Assembly (NCBI GenBank): GCA_037917685.1
Contig: JAVCBU010000003.1
Span: 225,309 to 289,308, forward strand
Direction of reading: 5' to 3'
DNA length: 64,000 bases
From: Thermoproteota archaeon
Lineage (GTDB): Archaea > Korarchaeota > Korarchaeia > Korarchaeales > JAOZGB01
Shown piece by piece: positions 49,059 to 60,800 of this stretch (position 1 is its first letter; every line of letters starts with the position of its first letter). The position numbers and the translations under genes were made by a program. The notes under the pieces were generated by a model. The model had not been told where the DNA came from. It was given only the letters and a program-made list of their open reading frames with translations, and made no database searches.

Positions 49059-49109
49059 CTGGCGCCGGGGTTTAGGGGTGAGCGCCGTTCCAAGAGCGTT
49101 ACGGGTGCC

Positions 49110-49216
49110 ATTGGGCCTCTTAGAAATGGAGTGTTTTAGGATTTTGCATTCTCTTTAACAACCCAATTCTACTGTTTCGTGTTATTGGGCTTCTTAGAAG
49201 TGGAGTGTTTTAGGAT
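49110..49216. repeat. Two 33-nt direct repeats (31/33 identical) separated by a 41-nt unique spacer
   Basis: ATTGGGCCTCTTAGAAATGGAGTGTTTTAGGAT (49110-49142) and ATTGGGCTTCTTAGAAGTGGAGTGTTTTAGGAT (49184-49216). Confidence 0.85.
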
Positions 49217-49780
49217 AGCCTCCTCCGTTCCCCAATGTAGCATGGTGCTTGTTAGCGCCGGGGATTGCTGAAACATAATCCATCCTAAGTGGTGAGACGG
49301 GGGGTTGGCGGCTTATAAGCGTGGGAAGGGCTATGATAAGGTCTGGGGTCTAGGGAGATAAGTCTAACGCTATGTCTCCTGTATGGCTGGATGGTTTGTG
49401 TATGTTGGTGGGGGCCGAAAACAAAACAATACATATTCCCTTGGGAATCTCCACAGGAGAGGAGGGGCCAACCCGCAAATATAAGGATTCTGTGTCTTTC
49501 AAGGCCACCTACGCCTCGCCCGGTGCCTAGCCCATTGGAAGCATGGCCTATAAAGACTTTTCAGCATGCCTTAAAGGACTTATAAGCCAAAACTCATGCT
49601 GGACTTAGGGGTGACAGGAATAATTATTTCCGGGGTTGGCATGACGGTGACAACTGAATCTTGGATTATCATTTTACATCGGGGCGGTGTTAAGTGGAGG
49701 GTTTCAAATGTACCTTCTAATTTATGCGCTTCCAATCTCATATTTATATATTTTGGGGGTTAATCCTTTACTGATAAGAC

Positions 49781-50191
49781 TTGTCCGGCTGGGCCCTGAT
49801 CGAGGAGGTTAAATCCAACCCAAAACTCAGAAGAAGCCTAGCAGAAAGCCTGGCGGAGGACATAGCACTAGAGATAATCTCGAGACCTGAAATAAGGAAG
49901 CCGCTGATCCTAGGGATCATAGAAAACGTAGCGACAAAGCAAGACGTGAAAGAGCTGAAAACCTACGTGGACACAAGGTTCGAAGAGCTGAAAACCTACG
50001 TGGACACAAGGTTCGAAGAGCTGAAAACCTACGTGGATCTAAAGTTTGAAAGGTTTGAGGAGAGGATTAACAGTGTTGAGAGAAGGATCGACGATCTCTA
50101 CGGGGTTGTAAAGGCTACCCTCATAGCTATAACAGTCACCCTGGCATCTACGATAATAACCCCCCTAATCCTTAAACTTCTGGGAATATAA
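49781..50191 (+). CDS. Coiled-coil protein with C-terminal TM anchor (CCDC90/DUF1640/PaREP15-like)
   Basis: VATKQD beta-layer motif, 11-aa repeats ELKTYVDTRFE and a C-terminal TM. Confidence 0.75.
   Translation: MSGWALIEEVKSNPKLRRSLAESLAEDIALEIISRPEIRKPLILGIIENVATKQDVKELKTYVDTRFEELKTYVDTRFEELKTYVDLKFERFEERINSVERRIDDLYGVVKATLIAITVTLASTIITPLILKLLGI
49950..50037 (+). repeat. Perfect 33-nt coding tandem repeat (~2.7 copies)
   Basis: aagagctgaaaacctacgtggacacaaggttcg repeated head to tail. Confidence 0.92.
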
Positions 50192-50348
50192 GTAGGAATG
50201 GCATGCCGATAAAGCGGGTTTTTAGAGGTTGCAGCTAGACACAGAGCTAAACAAACCCATATCTACGGTAAACCAGCAAAATGTTACATAGATAAACCAA
50301 TTAAGAATAGAAGAGCAGTAAGATAACCCCAACTGGCAAAACATTCAG

Positions 50349-50759
50349 TTATAGATCTCTACTCAGCCCTCCCAACTCCTGGTCGGCTAGCTTTTTAAAC
50401 TCCTTGATTATCCTTTTGACTTGGTCGATGGCGTATCTTGCCTCCTCAGGGTTGTAGATTCCCTCGTAGAAGGCTTCGTCATGCAGTGTCCTCATAACGT
50501 CGCTGTAGGTAGCTCTGAGGTCCTCCCTGCTCACCTTCCTGAGAAGTAATCTGCGTTCACTATGCGATTTCGGCGTTACACCCAGCTTCCTGGCGATGTA
50601 AAAGTTTATGGCGATGACCATCGATAGAAAGGCTTTATCCGCAGCATTCCGGTAGAGAAGCATATCCTTGGTTTTGAGAGCCTTACTAAACTCTTCCTCA
50701 GCATATTTTAAAATCTCCTCAGCCGTTGCAAGGGAACTATCGACAACCCTCCCAACCAA
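50349..50759 (-). CDS. PaREP1/HEPN-family protein
   Basis: RNAADKAF.., P.SHSERR..L and LHDEAFYEG. Confidence 0.85.
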   Translation of the reverse strand: MVGRVVDSSLATAEEILKYAEEEFSKALKTKDMLLYRNAADKAFLSMVIAINFYIARKLGVTPKSHSERRLLLRKVSREDLRATYSDVMRTLHDEAFYEGIYNPEEARYAIDQVKRIIKEFKKLADQELGGLSRDL

Positions 50760-50981
50760 GGGGTCCCACTAACTTATTAAACAGTAGGCTAGTATTTAAG
50801 GGTGTAATAGTTCAAGATGTTTAAATCTTCCCATGGCGTGACACGCATGGTTTCTTGAAGTTCTTTAAAGGGGTCTCCCCTCCGAATAAATGTAGGTCTG
50901 AATATTCTGCTTAACTCACGTTGTGCGAAATTGCGAGCCTTTCATGGAAAATTTTTTAAAGAAGGGAGAGAGCAGATAGTT

Positions 50982-52541
50982 ATGAACCAGAAAATTTTAA
51001 TTTTAACCTTGGTTTCGGGGCTAATCCTTGTTAGTGGATTGTTCCTTTGGAGCATGGAGAAAATAAAAACTTCAAAAAAGCCTCCTACAACCACGCCGAC
51101 ATCTACACCTCAGGCCGAAGTTAAGAAACCAACAAAACTTTCTCAGGTTAGGGTTGCCTCCCTCTATCGAAGGGTAACAGACGGTGGAGTCATTGGCAGG
51201 GATCTGGATGATGTTATAGAAATTCTCAAAGAAACCTGTACGGACTTCATATTCCAGGGATGGATGAGATTTGACCCCTGCCCGGAAACTTGTGACGAAT
51301 TACCCTGGGAGGAACGGCAGAAATGCAACATAAAAGGTTACAGTTACGAACACCTTAGAAATGCGATTTCAGAGATAAAAAGGGAGATGCCTGATGTTAT
51401 ATTTGGTGGAGGGCAGGCGATGGAATTCTTAAATCCCGAATGCTGGAATCCGCTAACCGGAGAGTTTTTTGGCAGGGATGAAACCTGGGCTATGGCATTA
51501 GACCCGTCAAAGTGGGGTATTAACATGTCAAAAGAGGAGTTTCAAACCAAATGGGCAGTAAGTCAGGGTTGGGTGGAGGAGGGCCAGCCATATAACCCGA
51601 AGGAAGAGATGCCTTTCTATTTTCCCGACGTCACAAACCCGGATTTTCAAGACCTGTTTCTGAGTTGGGCGAAAAAGCAGATAGATTGCGGAGTTGATGC
51701 ATACTGGATTGATATGTTATTTAGGCAAGCAAGAGAGCTTAGGAGAATAACGGGAGACGAGAATCATCCGGCCGTGGTAGAATCATATAACGCTTCTTCA
51801 GAGATAGTGGATAGAATTCATGAATATGGAGATTCAATAGGGAAACATATTTATGTTATCAGTTGGGCGGAGTGTGCAACATTCCCGTTTCCCCAGCCTG
51901 AGCTCGATGGTGTTGTGGTAACTTTTTCATCTAAGGAAGTTCGCTCCTTAGATTTAGATGAAGAGAGATGGAATAAAATGGTGGAAATAATCAGAGGAAA
52001 ATTAGGGGATATCCCAATATTTGCTATCTTTGACTATGGATTAGATAATTCCCCTTTAGCGGTTTTCAGCCAAGAATTAAGTAAGAGCCAAGCAAGAAAT
52101 TTTTTGAGAATAGCCGATGAATTCCTCCAAGAAAAGGGGATCATTCTCGTCTATCCTATACATGGAGGCAACATGGGAGTAAAAGATGTTAGAAAGCTTT
52201 CCTATGGCAAATATAATTGGTATGACAGTCTTGCCCCTGAATTCCAGACCTACGAAACAATCAGAGAGCTTGCCCGAGAGAAAGCAGCAAAGGGAATGCT
52301 CTCCCATGTTAAGGACGCTTCCCTTCAAGAAAGGGTAACCAATGGGAAACTCACCAACAGAAGTGTAGGAGACGTGATTAACCTACTAAAAGAAGCAGAA
52401 ACCGACCTCATCTTAAGGAGCTGGTGGATACGGTGTCCGTTTCCCGAATCTCCAGAAACAGCATCGCCTCCTGACCATTCTTCTGATTATGTGAAAATAC
52501 AAATTTCAGGCAGAAAGAGGCTATACCTATCAACAATTTAG
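50982..52541 (+). CDS. Membrane-anchored extracellular protein (TIM-barrel/glycoside hydrolase-like); second domain copy degraded
   Basis: N-terminal TM and T/P linker, PDVTNPDFQ...W...QID.GVDA.WID; the C-terminus restarts the same domain. Confidence 0.65.
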   Translation: MNQKILILTLVSGLILVSGLFLWSMEKIKTSKKPPTTTPTSTPQAEVKKPTKLSQVRVASLYRRVTDGGVIGRDLDDVIEILKETCTDFIFQGWMRFDPCPETCDELPWEERQKCNIKGYSYEHLRNAISEIKREMPDVIFGGGQAMEFLNPECWNPLTGEFFGRDETWAMALDPSKWGINMSKEEFQTKWAVSQGWVEEGQPYNPKEEMPFYFPDVTNPDFQDLFLSWAKKQIDCGVDAYWIDMLFRQARELRRITGDENHPAVVESYNASSEIVDRIHEYGDSIGKHIYVISWAECATFPFPQPELDGVVVTFSSKEVRSLDLDEERWNKMVEIIRGKLGDIPIFAIFDYGLDNSPLAVFSQELSKSQARNFLRIADEFLQEKGIILVYPIHGGNMGVKDVRKLSYGKYNWYDSLAPEFQTYETIRELAREKAAKGMLSHVKDASLQERVTNGKLTNRSVGDVINLLKEAETDLILRSWWIRCPFPESPETASPPDHSSDYVKIQISGRKRLYLSTI

Positions 52542-52972
52542 AGAAGCATTAAGAGAAATAAAGAAAGAGCCTCCTGATGTGATTCTTCAAGCGGGCCAGG
52601 TTTGTTTTTATGGGATAACTGGTTTGAGTAGGGATGTGATACCATCCCCCATTTACTACTACCGATTAGTGGTTAAATACCCTCTCAACGCCTGTCCTAA
52701 ACCTGTTAGTCTCTTTTCTCCAGTCTCCATTAATGGTGCCCTATTTACACGTCTTAAACCTTAACCTAAAATGTTCAAGGATAAACTGTGGTTTCTTCCA
52801 TCATTTCCTAGATTTGAAAAAATGTTGAAATTCGTAATCCTCAATAATCTAAGTTTCTCTCATACGCCCTCCCCAGAAGATAGATAAAAGGGGTTCAATT
52901 TACCCTTACATCTTTTCTTAATTAAATCCAGGAATTCCGGGACAAGCTCTAGATGATACCTATATTTTCCTC

Positions 52973-54301
52973 CTACCGACTATTTTGAACTATTAGCTTT
53001 ATGAGGGAGCTTGTAAAAAGCCATTTATCCAGGAGGTCTCCAGCCTCCCTCCCACAGGTTTCCGAGAAAATATCTCTAAAACTTTTAAGGGTTGCTGAAG
53101 CCTCCTGGTCCCTGAGAAATCTCTTAAGAGCTCTCCAGAAGCAATCGTCTCCAACTGACCTTCGAAGCATGTGGAGGAGCCACGGCCCAACCAGGTATGA
53201 GGCGTCCGTGAGCTGTCTCTCACCGTACTCACTCAGCGGGGTTTCAAGTAGCTCTGGATTTTCATCTATCATCCCAACGAGGCGTTTTTTAGCTTCATCT
53301 AGCCTCTTATCTATATTAGCTCCTAGGAAAGCCTCCTCCGCTACTAGTTGAAGGTAGCTGGCGAACCCTTCATCTAGGAAGCGGGATGGGACTTCCTCCG
53401 CCGAGGGAGGGTTCCATAGGTGTGCCAGCTCATGATAGATAGCGTTAGCCCCATGGGGATCTCTGAATGCTCCCCTGGGAAGCAGGGCTCCAGCGACGTC
53501 GGCCTGGCCTCCCCAGCCTTCTGGAAGCTCTATGATTGTGTAGCCAAACCACTTTGGCGGTGGACCTATGAGCCCCCTGTAGAGATCTAGACATCTCCTA
53601 ACCTCCTTAAGCATCTTAACACCGTACCTTCGGTCTTCTGGGAATACGTATAGCTGCAGGTCGCCCTCGTCTATTGTGGTAAACCTGGAGATTGAGATGT
53701 CGATTCTCCAGCTTGGAAGCTTGCTCTCGTAAATGTACCGCCTCCAACCCCCCATTTCCCGGGCTTCTAGGAGCTTCCCCGGGTTGGCAACCGTATATTC
53801 CCTCGGAACCTCAACTTCCAGCCTGTAGGTAAACCTTTGCCTTGGAAGATAGCTGACAAGCTTCCTAAACACTGGGGGAACTGGTACCGGGTAGGAGAAG
53901 GCATCAGGCCTTATTATTGAGTAATCCTCACCTATCCTATCACGAACGTATGGGAATATCTCTTCATAAGAGCTTATCCCACCCTCATAGCTTAGGTTGA
54001 CCCCTAACTCACCTCCAGGTTTTAAGGGCTTATTCAGTTTTAGCTCTATCAGATTTACCGTCAAACCCTTAAGATCTCTAAACTCCACCAATCTTTGGTT
54101 TATGCTAGCAATCTCATGACTGCAGGACGAGGCCGTCACGCTCAGCCCCCTATTCAAAACCATTACAACCTTATCTAACTCTAAGCCCCTGCTCCTGAGA
54201 TGGATGGCAGCATCGGCTCTCAAGATACCATGATAAGGAAGTATCTCAAGACTAAGAAAGTATCTATCCAGATCTAGGGCTAAAGACATATCCGCGAACA
54301 T
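52973..54301 (-). CDS. M1-like (gluzincin) metallopeptidase
   Basis: HELAHLW...FLDEGFASY, Y..G..LL.MLR..VGD..F. Confidence 0.85.
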   Translation of the reverse strand: MFADMSLALDLDRYFLSLEILPYHGILRADAAIHLRSRGLELDKVVMVLNRGLSVTASSCSHEIASINQRLVEFRDLKGLTVNLIELKLNKPLKPGGELGVNLSYEGGISSYEEIFPYVRDRIGEDYSIIRPDAFSYPVPVPPVFRKLVSYLPRQRFTYRLEVEVPREYTVANPGKLLEAREMGGWRRYIYESKLPSWRIDISISRFTTIDEGDLQLYVFPEDRRYGVKMLKEVRRCLDLYRGLIGPPPKWFGYTIIELPEGWGGQADVAGALLPRGAFRDPHGANAIYHELAHLWNPPSAEEVPSRFLDEGFASYLQLVAEEAFLGANIDKRLDEAKKRLVGMIDENPELLETPLSEYGERQLTDASYLVGPWLLHMLRRSVGDDCFWRALKRFLRDQEASATLKSFRDIFSETCGREAGDLLDKWLFTSSLIKLIVQNSR

Positions 54302-54881
54302 ACCGCAGACCTAAAATATAAATCTCCGCGGACACGCAACAGAGCAACAAGAGACCCCGATACATGCATGACCACTTTAAAAGCTCAACACCCTATTTTA
54401 AAGCTCATTTAAAGCCTCCAAGCCCCTAACCCTTTCCGTATCTAAATCCCTCGCTAGACATGGATCCGTAAGGTGATGGTAGAGCCCTATTCCAAACAGG
54501 CCCGAGGAGAGCCTATCTACCTGTTGGACAGTAAGCTATCCCAGCCTGAAAACATACCATACACTATTACCACACCCTCAAAGACCACCATGCCTCAAGC
54601 TTCTGAGAAGAAGCCTTAAGAGATATGTAATACACAGGGAGTCAAAAGCTGGCGGGCTAAACTGCCCCTGCCAGGTTGACCTTTAAATCGAAACCTACAA
54701 TTAAAGCGAATAAGAATTGGAAGGATTTATATCATCTGATATTATCATTTGCTATTTTATATAAATCTTTAAAATTTTAAGTAGAAGCTTTTTGATAATT
54801 AATGAAAACCAAAAGTATTTTATTATAATTCAACGCGAAACGCTTATAAATACGCTTAGTATCTAATGGGTGTAGCAAACT

Positions 54882-57800
54882 ATGGATAGACCCACAGTTG
54901 AAATTGGTACAAGTATTGAGATTAGCCTCCTAACCCTAACTACAATAGTACTCATCGGCATGGGCGGAATAACCATAGCCTACTCAAAATCGAAAATCTG
55001 TAGCATACCTTTGCAGGCATCAGACCCACCAGTCTTAGAAATAGCAGTGAAAGATCCAGGGGAGGTTTCCCTCTGTAGAATGGCAAACTATACAGTGACA
55101 ATTCGGAATATTGGTGACGGCAATGCTACAGATGTAAATATCACGGTGGAAATGCCGCAGGGATTCTGGTACGATTCAGGCTCATCAGAGATAAACGGCA
55201 CGCCTACAGCTCCCGACCAGGATGGTAGAAACATTACGTGGCATCTAGATTTAATCAGGCCTGGTGAAGCATACATAATCACGTTTAACATGACGGCTGG
55301 ATGTAAAGCCCATGTAGAAGCTGCATTCAGGGTCATAGGGGAGTATCTAGACGAGTCCGGCAATGAGTATTCTACCGTCGCCCAATCAGATGTTATAAAG
55401 GTGAGAAAGCCTAGCTTAACAATTCAAAAAGTCCCAGTCATCCAGTCTGCCTATAAGTGGGATACTGTAACGTGGACAATAAAGGTTAAGAATACAGGTC
55501 TAGCCCAAGCCGATAATGTAACCATAATAGACTCGTTAGGGGCTGGACTCACACTCGTATCGTCAAATCCAAATATTGATGGAACCCTCCCTAATGGGTC
55601 GGTTTACTGGAAAAATATACATCTGGATGTAGGCGAAGAATACGATATAACATTAACCGTAGTTGTGTCAGGCTGCGAGGATGTTTACGACGATGCCAGG
55701 GCATACGTCACGTGTGGAGGCCAAACATGTGATTCAGCTTCTGCAACGGCGTCAGTCAGCCTAACCATTAGGGAGCCAAAAATGAAGGTTGAAGGCTTAA
55801 CAGTTCAACCTCCAACCGTGTCGCCCTGCACTCCATCAACAGTGACTGTTACTCTTAAAAACGATGGAGATGGAACAGCATACGATCTAAATAGCACATT
55901 CATTCTACCCCCCGGGCTGAATTACCAACCCGGCACCGGGATTCCAACGCCGGAAATAGATGGAAACAAGCTAATATTTCATTTAGGGGATATTGGAGCT
56001 GGAGAATCGGTAGATATCAAGTTTAATGTCACGGCGGATTGCGGCGTGCAGGGTTCAGCTCTCATCTTAAATCAGCAGGAATACCTTGATGAGTGTGGCG
56101 TATATTGGTATCCCCCTGTAGCATTCCTAACTATTAACATGGCTTCACCTTCAATCTCCATCTCGAAAACCGGCCCACACGAGGTATTAAATGTCAGTAG
56201 TGGAGAAGTGTATACTATAACCGTTACATGCAGCGGCCTACAATACTGTGGTAATCCAAGAGTAATAATTGAAGATGAGATACCTGAAATGCTTGAGTAT
56301 GTGGGAGCCGATATACCGCCAAACACCACACAGGGAAACATGCTTATCTGGAATCTCGCAGCTAGGGATACGATAACAATACATGTTACTCTTAAACCAT
56401 CTCCACAGGCAAGCTGCGGGCGGCATGGTTTCAACAATGTATATGCAACACTCTACTGCTGCCCGGCATGCTCAGCCTCAAGTTCAGACAGCTACTCAAT
56501 AAGAATTGTCTGCTCAACCCCTTCCGACTGCTTCATGATAAGAACCTATACAAACGTATCTAGCGTCGAACCTTGTAAAGCGGTAAACTACACGTCAACA
56601 ATAGATTTCAGCGTAGACAGCGTAAACTCAACATTATCAAACATGATCTACTCACATTGCGAAGAGACCGGTCTTAAAGAGGAGTACCTTGGGCCAACAT
56701 ACCTATACCTTCCGAACGGAACTAGGCGAGCCATCAACCCCACCATGGTAACTGATACATGTATAGTATGGAACCTAAGCATGTTAAACTTCATTGTTAA
56801 CAGTGGAGACCAGCTAAGAATAACATATAACCTGCTGGTTAAATGCTCAGCAGCAGGATACATGCATGACCGAACAGGATTCTCGATGGACGCGAAAAAC
56901 TCAGCCGGGCAATCGTTGAACTGTTCAGGCACGGTCCACCACGCAAAATACATAGATATTAATAGGCCATCTATGTCCATCTATGAGAATCCACCGCTTA
57001 CGGTAAACTTATGCTCTAACCAAACTAGGAAGCTATACATTACGGGAGCCACGGTTGATAGCCCCGGATACAATGTAGAGGTGAGGGCGTACATCCCAGC
57101 CGGGTTTACCCCTGTCTCACTGCAGTCTAACATAACTTTCAATAATGGAACATCTCTCATTGCTAACGCGTATATGGAGGGAAATATTCTCATATGGAAC
57201 AAGACAAATGTGGGTCAGTTGTCAAAAGTCACATGCGGCTTCACAGTCACCTTTAACCTTACATCATGTTGCGATACGTCAACATTCAACTATAAATCTG
57301 AACTCTACTATGAAGACTACTGTGAATACAGCGGAAACTGCCAGGCAGGCTGCGTATGTTCCCATACAGTATCATATAGTAGTGGAAACATCTACACTTT
57401 GAAGCCTATTCTCCTATTAAGCAAGATGCCTGAAATAGTCTACGCAGCCTCAAATGAGGTAACTTGGCAGCTTGAAGTTTCAAACAGGGGGAATGGGACA
57501 TGCTACAGCCCTGAAATAGTGGATAATCTAGGGCCTGGACTTATATTCGTATCTGCAGATACTCCTCCCGGATGGGGATACACGGTTTCAGCCGATAGAA
57601 AAACGGTTATATTCAAAAATGACACGTTTAGCCCGGGAGAAACCGTTATATTCAGGATTACAGCCAAAATGACAGGTTGTACCGGGCTCTATAATAATGT
57701 CACTGTCAGATGGGGATGCTGTGGAGAATATTGTCAGGTGGTTAACGATAGCTCCTCGATAGTAGTCCCAAATGGGAAGCTTCAGGCGATAGATAGTATT

Positions 57801-60800
57801 GTGCCTGAAGTTGTAGATTTCTGCGGCGAAGCCAATGTAACACTGCTTATAAAGAACGTGGGGATAGTAGACATCTACAATTTAACCGTTAAATACGCTA
57901 TGCCAGCATGCTTCTACTATGATAGCAGTGTCCAGGCCCACGTGTACAATTCTACAGTTAGATATTCATTTTCCCCAAATCAGACAGCGCCTGACGGTTC
58001 ATGGGCCCTATGGAACTTCACAGGAACAGTTTTCGATGTCTTAAAGGTCGGTGAATCTCTTAACATAACGTTTAACGTGACTGCAAGCTGCCCATGTAAC
58101 AATGGGGGAGGATACTCAGAACTATACATCACATACTATAAGCCATGCAACGAGCAGGCTCCCCCAGTCATCCTTCATGGAACCGCAAGATACAGGATGC
58201 TAACACCTAATTTACAAATAGAGGCGCCGAGCTATGTCTGCGGAGAGCCTGGAGATACAATCTGGTGGAACCTGACAGTAGTAAATCAGGGGGAGGGAAC
58301 AGCTGAATATGTAAATGTGACAGTTGAGCTTCCAAGCACCGTCTCATACAACGGCGCACAGCCAACGCCAGACATTGTTAATGGGCAAGTATTGGGATGG
58401 GTCAGCCAACGTAGAGGAGGATCAATGCCGGATCTTAAACCCGGAGAATCATTTAAAATAAACGTCAGCCTAAACGTTGCAGGATGCGAATATAAAGGCT
58501 ACATCCATGTTGGGGTGGAAGACGGCTGTGAAGCTTGCACCTACGAGGAGAAATGGTTTAATGAAACATCCTATATCCACAGCAAGGTTAGAAGGCCTTC
58601 GATTACCGACGTACACAACACTATAAACGCGTGTGGAAATGCAACCTGGAGCTTTAGAGTTAGGAATAGAGACCCATGTCTAAACCTATACGCAGCAACC
58701 GTTAACATAGGCGGTTCAACATGTTATAACTATACGGTGCAGGATAACCTGCCAGACGATGTTAATCCGGTTAGCTCTCCAAGTTTGGCGGAAAACTCAA
58801 AAATATACTACCATAATAGTACAGGAACATACAACGTTCCCGTTTACCCATATGGCACTACTCCTACACCGCTCCCCCAAATGTTTGCATGGGTGCGCCA
58901 GGTCGGCAACAGTCTACAGTGGATGGTTTATGCTGAAACAGCTAATCCACTACCCCCAGGCGGATACCTCGAGTTCGAATATAATGTTACATCAGCTTCC
59001 TGCGATCTCCATAGGCAGATGCATACAATAACCACCTATAATTTCAAAGATGCATGTGAAAACTCGAGGGATGTGTCAAAGGATGTAACCGATCGAGTGA
59101 AGCTTCCCTCGATTACGGTTTCAAAGACGCCAAGCAGTCAATACGCAGATCTCTACAGCATAGTATGCTGGGACATCATAGTTAGAAATGTTGGGAACGG
59201 TACAGCTTACAATGTAACAGTATTCGACACCCTATGTCCCTCCTTATCCTTCGATTCTAACAGTCAATCTCAGACCCATCCTGCATGGGACACGGTTAAA
59301 ATACTGGCTAACGGGTCAACTGTGATATACTGGAGGAATATAGAAATACCAGCCGGCGGGATGCTTCAGATACATGTATGTGCGAACATCACAGCCTGCC
59401 CGGTCCCTCCAAGCCATCCCTACAATAATGTCTATGCTATATGGAGCTGCGATAACAAATGCAATTCATCTGAGGTTGCCCACGCCCATGCAGATGTCTA
59501 TATGCATGGTGTCCCCTCCCCGCTCTCTAAATCCCCAACCAAGTTTGACGTGTGTGGAAACCAAACTGTAAACATAACTGTTCATAATATAGGGGCTACA
59601 ATCTTCGGATTCTGCATAAATGAAACCCTCCCATACGGGCTAGAACCATTAAACAGAGATGCGAATGGAAATGTGAAAGCTAACATAACGATAGACGGAT
59701 CAACATACATAAATGTACCCAGCAACAGAACCTACGTCTCCAACACCTACACGATAATAATCTGGAATCTAACCAGGTTAAGAGTGCCTCAAAACACGGA
59801 TATGAGCTTATTCTTCAGGGTTCATGTAAACTGCAGCTTTCACGACAGTATAGAAACAGTCAATTTAACATACTGGGATTCATGCGGCGAAAAGCATAGT
59901 TTATGGAGAAGCGATAACCTACGCAGGCTTGCCCCGGATGTAACTCAAAGCTACAAGGAAAAGGTGAACCCTCCCGGCAGACCGGAGAGGTTTGAGATAG
60001 TAACCTGGAAGATCCATATAGTAAACACGGGATCCGGAAACCTATACTTTGTAAACGTTACCGACTACCTGGACCCGGGATACACCTTTGTAGATTCCAG
60101 TCCACCTCCAGACCAGACGGATAACCCACTGGATCCCCATGTGCTATACTGGTTTTTCAACTGGGCTGAAAACCCCCTCCCACCCGGCGGCGAGAGGACC
60201 ATCACGGTGAGGGCTAACCTGACCGGGTGCGGAGAGCCTTTCTGGAATAATGTATCGTTCAGCTGGGGATGCGACGGGGAGACATGCGCCCCAGCTCACT
60301 GGAGCAATACGAGTATAGAATATGCGAAGCCTTATCTAAAGGTTGAATACAGCTCTCCAATTTACGGGATATGCGACAACACAACCGTAAGCTTTAAGGT
60401 GACCAATGACGGTGACGCGGCAATCTACGGTTTTAACAGCAGCATGCCATTCACACTAAGACATCTGATGCCTGTAAGAGCCTCAAACGGAGACATAGAC
60501 TGCATGAAATATGTAGGGGGAAGCACCAACATCACATTCTCAAACGGAACCATCCTACACGTCGACCCAACAGTGTACACCTCCGGAGAATATAAATACC
60601 TGTTATGGGAGCTCTGGTATGTAGAGTTAAAGCCCGGGGACTGGATAGAAGTCTCATTCAAGGTTAAAACATCCTGCTGCTTCGTAAAAGGAGAGATGGG
60701 AAATGGGTACGCTAAAGCCTATGACATATGCGGAGAAAAATATACGAGGTGGACGAACAGCAGGGCGGATGAGATACTGACTCCGCTGTTAACCATTGAT

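Noticed and set aside
49950-50037. CRISPR array
   Set aside because: Head-to-tail repeats without spacers, in frame within a coding sequence.
52600-52960. Transposase remnant (RTGVERVFN on minus strand)
   Set aside because: Multiple stops and only one short motif; not supportable.
54326-54335. 10-nt match (CCGCGGACAC) to the sRNA D' guide target
   Set aside because: Short match in an intergenic region with no evident plus-strand transcript; compatible with chance.
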